From Eledone cirrhosa (taxonomy: Eukaryota), in NCBI GenBank assembly GCA_964016885.1, contig OZ024761.1, forward strand, positions 434,001-498,000: 64,000 nucleotides of DNA. The letters are read 5' to 3'. This document shows, piece by piece, positions 58,404-64,000 of this stretch. The notes under the pieces were generated by a model that had not been told where the DNA came from, made no database searches, and worked only from the letters and a program-made list of their open reading frames with translations. Position 1 is the stretch's first letter. Each line of letters opens with the position of its first letter. The translations under genes were made by a program, and so were the position numbers.

Positions 58404-59711
58404 TTAGTTTCCCAGAGTTGTAGCAGTTTTTACATTGCCAGTTATTGTGGGTAGATCACACTCAGACCAGCTGGTATCTCTCTTCCACGTTTCACCAGCC
58501 TTGACAAACCTCCAGATCTGCCCATCATCACGCAGACTGAAACTTTCATCTTGTGCTGAGTTCCGATTCAAGGAAGCTGCAGCACGTAGTTTGGGACGTA
58601 CATGGGGTGGTAGGCCTGGGCGTGTTCGGTTGGTAATCCGATTTTCACGCCTAGCTTTAGCAGAGGCCAGATGATATGAGGTTGCCTCTGCGGGGTCCGA
58701 GAAAGACAGCCTGATGAGTCTGGGTTTTGGACCAGGTCGACCAAGGCGGAGGGCACCCTTTAGGGGAACACAGCCTAGGTCTTTGGCTGAGCTGGCAGCA
58801 AATGCCTGAAGATCAGCCTTGTCCTCTGGTACCCTAATGGCAATCACTTCATGGGTAGAAGATTCCGCAGTCTTTTCAGTCTTTTCAGCAAGAGGTACAG
58901 GGAGATTCTTTAGCAAGGCATTCCGATAAGACCCCTCATTGTGGGGTCCTACCCGAATGCTTGCCTCTATTCCTGCAACTTCCCTTCTCAGAGCAGAAAT
59001 CATTAGTTGCAGTTCCGCAAAATCTGTACTGGTCGGTTGTTGTTGTTGTTGTTGTTGCTGCTGCTGCTGTCGTTGTTGGTGATGATGATGTTCCTCCACG
59101 GGAATGGCAGGGGAGGACACAGTCGCAGGTTGTTGCTGTTGTTGTTGTTGGTGATGATGATGTTCCTCCACGGGAATGGTAGGGGAAGACACAGTCACCA
59201 GTTGTTGGTGTCGAGATGTACTGGGAGTGGAAGACATGGGTTGTTGTTGTTTCTGATGTTCTCCCACAGGAATAACAGTAGAAGCCAGTGTCATAGGTTT
59301 TTGCCGTTGTTCAGTAACAATGGTAGAGGAAGACACAGTCATTGGTTTTTGTTGTTGTTGTTGTTGTTGTTTTTCAATAACATTAATAACATTAGTGGAG
59401 GCAGGCACACAGGCCAGACACTGAAAGGACCAGGATTTTAGCTGGACCATCTCCCATATTCCATCCATCATAGCATTATGATGTCTCTTTTTGGGGCCTG
59501 GGATCCTCCGGAAGCCTGTGGCGCATTGAAGGCAGACAGAGATGCGACAGGTTACACATTCGACCCAGCGATTACGGAACGAGTTTTCGGGTTCCGCACA
59601 GATATGGCAGATGTGATTTTCTGGGCAATGTTCTATTTTGGGACATCGGCCGGTTTTGTCGCATATTTCATCGATGGATATCACCATGGCAATTTTGTTA
59701 TTTCTACCCAT
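58404..59711 (-). CDS. LINE ORF1: N-terminal PHD-like finger, polyQ/His linker, coiled coil, RRM-like C-terminus
   Basis: CHIC..WVECVTC..VCLQC..WSFQCLAC; RLGRPGPKPRLIRLSF; likely ATG at 59711. Confidence 0.8.
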   Translation of the reverse strand: MGRNNKIAMVISIDEICDKTGRCPKIEHCPENHICHICAEPENSFRNRWVECVTCRISVCLQCATGFRRIPGPKKRHHNAMMDGIWEMVQLKSWSFQCLACVPASTNVINVIEKQQQQQQQKPMTVSSSTIVTEQRQKPMTLASTVIPVGEHQKQQQPMSSTPSTSRHQQLVTVSSPTIPVEEHHHHQQQQQQQPATVSSPAIPVEEHHHHQQRQQQQQQQQQQQPTSTDFAELQLMISALRREVAGIEASIRVGPHNEGSYRNALLKNLPVPLAEKTEKTAESSTHEVIAIRVPEDKADLQAFAASSAKDLGCVPLKGALRLGRPGPKPRLIRLSFSDPAEATSYHLASAKARRENRITNRTRPGLPPHVRPKLRAAASLNRNSAQDESFSLRDDGQIWRFVKAGETWKRDTSWSECDLPTITGNVKTATTLGN

Positions 59712-60560
59712 CCGTAGAAAAACACAGAATGTAAACAATATAGGTTTAGCGCACTTGATTATGATAGAAATAAAATGTCTGTTTTTTTCGTTTTGTTTTT
59801 TTGTGTATTTTGTTTCTGTTTTCCTAAATGTTGTGTGTGTACAGAAGAGTCTGAATTACATTACATGTAAACAAATAAATATGCTGCGTAAGTTAAATGA
59901 AACGTACTGTAGAAGGCAGTTGTTTATTAACAGCGAAATAAGTTTTTTTTTTTTTTTGTTTTTTGTTTTTTTTTCCCCTGATACTGCTTCTTTATAGTAA
60001 ACTTTCAATAATATATATATTTTTTTTTTTTTTCAAATTATTAACTTTCAGCTGCTAGTATATATATATATATATAATTAAAAGGTGTATGTGGGTTAGA
60101 AGCGAGGTCAATGTTAAGAAATATTTTACCAATGTAAATTGGTAAAATTGGCCGGTATAGTGTCTCACACGAAATAGTGTGGTTTCTTTTCACGTGTGTG
60201 TATATGCATATGGTATATATCTGTATATAAATCTGTGTGTATATTGTCGTTTATATGTTTTGTGGAGTACTTACTGCGATCCTTAAGGGATGTAGTGATT
60301 TGTTTTGTTTTTTTTTCCTTTTTTCCCCGTCCATGTCCACACGTGGTTTGTTGGCGAAAATCAAATCAAATTATATATACTTCGTTAAGATAATTCTATC
60401 TTGAAACTGGTACTAGTTGTCAGGGAACAGTGAAAGTAATTGTGATAATGAATATTGTAATCCATCTGACATGTGTTTAAAGGGCAGTTTTTGATGAAAA
60501 TATTATATTTTGTTCGGTCAAGACGTGGTCAAGCGACCTTCCTTGTCGCCATTTTGGCCG

Positions 60561-60955
60561 GATATATATAATAAAGATGAAAATGCGAAGTTGAAGGTGT
60601 TAGCGTCCTTTATTTGGTTACGCTAATATTTTTCTCTGCGTTGCAGTGTTTACATTTTCGATCTTTGTTAATAAATAACCAGTGCAGTTTTTATCCCCAG
60701 CATCCTCTTTTGTTATAACATTCGGGTTATCGTTATGTTTTCTTAACTTCATAAGGCATATTGTTGGTTGAGGGAATATTAATCAAAAACACCACATGCA
60801 AGTCTGCACAGTAGACACTACAGTTTTTAAGCCAAAAGAGAAACTTAACATTGTAACTTTAACACAGCTACTGAGCGACCCCGAGCAACGCCGGGCTTTA
60901 CTGCTAGTATATAATAAAGATGAAAATGCGAAGTTGAAGGTGTTAGCGTCCTTTA
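60561..60955 (+). mobile_element. Non-autonomous Helitron-like element (60561-60907) followed head-to-tail by a second 5' end
   Basis: cccgagcaacgccggg..CTAG at 60904-60907; tatataataaagatgaaaatgcgaagttgaaggtgttagcgtccttta occurs at both ~60565 and 60908. Confidence 0.7.
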
Positions 60956-61075
60956 TTATTTGAGCCGTTATATATATTTCAATGACGATAAACATCGTGA
61001 TCTCTTCAGACAGCAAAGATTGATTAAAAGGTAATATTTCTGAGGCAATTTTATTTGGGAGGGACTAAAAAAATG

Positions 61076-61157
<82 letters not shown>

Positions 61158-61318
61158 TGTGAGTGTGTCCGGTTTAATCTGGGGTAACTACAGTAAGGAA
61201 GGTACTCAATACATAGCAGAGTAAAAATGGCTTCTACAGGACGGGAACTGTTTCATTCGAATGAAACAGTTCTAGTCCCGTAGAAGAAGAAGTAGTAGTA
61301 GTAGTAGTAGTAGCGTTT

Positions 61319-61351
<33 letters not shown>

Positions 61352-61509
61352 TTTGTAGTAGTAGTAGTAGTAGTAGTAGTAGTTGTTGTTGTTGTTCCTC
61401 CTTATGTATTAAATTCTTACTTCCATGTCACTAACCACTTGTTGATTATTTACTGGTCAATGCTAATTACTAATTAGGACTAATTGATGTAACGGTGGTA
61501 TAGGGGTAA

Positions 61510-64000
61510 TATGGGGGTGGTGGTGGTGGTGGTGTTGGTGGTGGTGATGAATATAGTGGTGGTGTTGGTTGCAGTGATGGTGATAGTGGTGGTGGTGGTA
61601 ATGTGTAGTGTTGGTGGTGATGTAGGTGTTGTGATGGTGGTGATGTAGTGTTGGTGGTGTTGTAGGTGTTGTGATGGTGGTGTTGTAGGTGTTGTGATGG
61701 TGGTGATGTAGTGTTGGTGGTGTTGTATGTGTTGTGATGGTGGTGTTGTAGTGTTGGTGGTGTTGTAGGTGTTGTGATGGTGGTGTTGTAGGTGTTGTGA
61801 TGGTGGTGATGTAGTGTTGGTGGTGTTGTAGGTGTTGTGATGGTGGTGTTGTAGGTGTTGTGATGGTGGTGATGTAGTGTTGGTGGTGTTGTATGTGTTG
61901 TGTTGGTGGTGTTGTAGGTGTTGTAGGTGTGGTGATGGTGGTGTTGTAGGTGTTGTGATGGTGGTGTTGTAGGTGTTGTGATGGTGGTGTTGTAGGTGTT
62001 GTGATGGTGGTGATGTAGTGTTGGTGGTGTTGTAGGTGTTGTGATGGTGGTGTTGTAGGTGTTGTGATGGTGGTGATGTAGTGTTGGTGGTGTTGTAGGT
62101 GTTGTGATGGTGGTGTTGTAGGTGTTGTGATGGTGGTGTTGTAGGTGTTGTGATGGTGGTGATGTAGTGTTGGTGGTGTTGTAGGTGTTGTGTTGGTGGT
62201 GTTGTAGTGTTGGTGGTGTTGTAGGTGTTGTGATGGTGGTGTTGTAGGTGTTGTGATGGTGGTGTTGTAGGTGTTGTGATGGTGGTGTTGTAGGTGTTGT
62301 GATGGTGGTGTTGTAGGTGTTGTAGGTGTTGTGATGGTGGTGTTGTAGGTGTTGTGATGGTGGTGTTGTAGGTGTTGTGATGGTGGTGTTGTAGGTGTTG
62401 TGATGGTGGTGTTGTAGGTGTTGTGATGGTGGTGATGTAGTGTTGGTGTTGTGATGGTGGTGATGTAGTGTCGGTGGTGTTGTAGGTGTTGTGTTGGTGG
62501 TGTTGTAGGTGTTGTAGGTGTGGTGATGGTGGTGTTGTAGGTGTTGTGATGGTGGTGTTGTAGGTGTCGTGATGGTGGTGATGTAGTATTGGTGTTGTGA
62601 TGGTGGTGATGTAGTGTCGGTGGTGTTGTAGGTGTTGTGTTGGTGGTGTTGTAGGTGTTGTAGGTGTGGTGATGGTGGTGTTGTAGGTGTTGTGATGGTG
62701 GTGTTGTAAGTGTTGTGATGGTGGTGTTGTAGTGTTGGAGGGGTTGTAGGTGTTGTAATGGTGGTGTTGTAGGTGTTGTGATGGTGGTGTTGTACTGTTG
62801 GTGGTGTTGTAGGTGTTGTGATGGTGGTGTTGTAGGTGTTTTGATGGTGGTGATGTAGTGTTGGTGCTGTTGTAGGTGTTGTGATGGTGGTGATGTAGTG
62901 TTGGTGGTGTTGTAGGTGTTGTGATGGTGGTGTTGTAGGTGTTGTGATGGTGGTGATGTAGTGTTGGTGTTGTGATGGTGGTGATGTAGTGTTGGTGGTG
63001 TTGTAGGTGTTGTGATGGTGGTGATGTAGTGTTGGTGGTGTTGTAGGTGTTGTGATGGTGGGGTGTAGGTGTTGTGATGGTGGTGTTGTTGTGATGGTGG
63101 TGATGTAGTGTGGGTCGTGTTGTAGGTGTTGTGATGGTGGTGTTGTAGGTGTTGTGATGGTGGTGATGTAGTGTTGGTGTTGTGATGGTGGTGATGTAGT
63201 GTTGGTGGTGTTGTAGGTGTTGTGATGGTGGTGATGTTGTGTTGGTTGTGTTGTAGGTGTTGTGATGGTGGTGTTGTAGTGTTGGTGGTGATGGTGGTGA
63301 TGTAGTGTGGGTGGTGTTGTAGGTGTTGTGATGGTGGTGTTGTAGGTGTTGTGATGGTGGTGTTGTTGTGTTGGTGGTGATGGTGGTGATGTAGTGTGGG
63401 TGGTGTTGTAGGTGTTGTGATGGTGGTCATGTAGTGTTGGTGGTATTGTAGATGTTGTGATGGTGGTGATGTAGTGTTGGTGGTGTTGTAGGTGTTGTGA
63501 TGGTGGTGATGTAGTGTTGGTGTTGTGATGGTGGTGATGTAGTGTTGGTGGTGTTGTAGGTGTTGTGATGGTGGTGATGTTGTGTTGGTTGTGTTGTAGG
63601 TGTTGTGATGGTGGTGTTGTAGTGTTGGTGGTGATGGTGGTGATGTAGTGTGGGTGGTGTTGTAGGTGTTGTGATGGTGGTGTTGTAGGTGTTGTGATGG
63701 TGGTGTTGTTGTGTTGGTGGTGATGGTGGTGATGTAGTGTGGGTGGTGTTGTAGGTGTTGTGATGGTGGTCATGTAGTGTTGGTGGTATTGTAGGTGTTG
63801 TGATGGTGGTGATGTAGGTGTTGTGATGGTGGTGATGTAGTGTTGGTGGTGTTGTAGGTGTTGTGATGGTGGTGTTGTAGGTGTTGTGATGGTGGTGTTG
63901 TAGGTGTGGTGATGGTCGTGATGTAGTGTTGGTGGTGTTGTAGGTGTTGTGATGGTGGTGATGTAGTGTTGGTGTTGTGATGGTGGTGATGTAGTGTTGG
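61510..64000. repeat. GT-rich triplet-based minisatellite (24-bp core gtgttgtaggtgttgtgatggtg and variants), running off the window
   Basis: Directly visible. Confidence 0.95.

Larger units (their letters stand above)
55281..60050 (-). mobile_element. Apparently full-length CR1-clade LINE with (TTA)n tail; 5' boundary approximate
   Basis: Two uninterrupted ORFs; 3'UTR with a ~129-bp internal duplication; tail at 55281-55306. Confidence 0.9.

Noticed and set aside
61463-63773. Mucin-like or His-rich ORFs of 655 and 767 aa
   Set aside because: A triplet-based GT minisatellite with overlapping frames both open and no gene context

Overview
AT-rich, repeat-saturated eukaryotic DNA. The SINE sequences and microsatellite load suggest an octopus or other coleoid cephalopod; this is inferred, not searched. 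The only host coding exon I can support is the first coding exon of a cGMP-dependent protein kinase (PKG; minus strand, 29695-29283), so positions 1-29282 are probably intronic. The rest is mobile or repetitive DNA: four Penelope-like elements (RT and/or GIY-YIG), an intact two-ORF CR1-type LINE, an R4/Dong-like RLE fragment, RTE remnants, tRNA-derived SINEs, Helitron-like and hAT-like non-autonomous elements, a 13-kb 54-bp satellite and many microsatellites. The strongest unannotated signal is a dense set of type I hammerhead ribozyme motifs (CTGANGA...GAAA...NTH), about 20 motif occurrences including mirrored and degenerate copies. They lie in Penelope 3' ends and in small non-coding fold-back inserts within (TA)n tracts. 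One locus (50637-51373) has a 312-nt hammerhead-to-hammerhead period and looks like a retrozyme or circRNA-derived element. Two Penelope hammerheads have unusually long (~90 nt) stem II hairpins. The CR1 LINE has a G_GGA_AAC -1 slippery site directly before its ORF1 stop, leading into an ORF2 with no start ATG. Most long ORFs in the supplied track are microsatellite or satellite artefacts.
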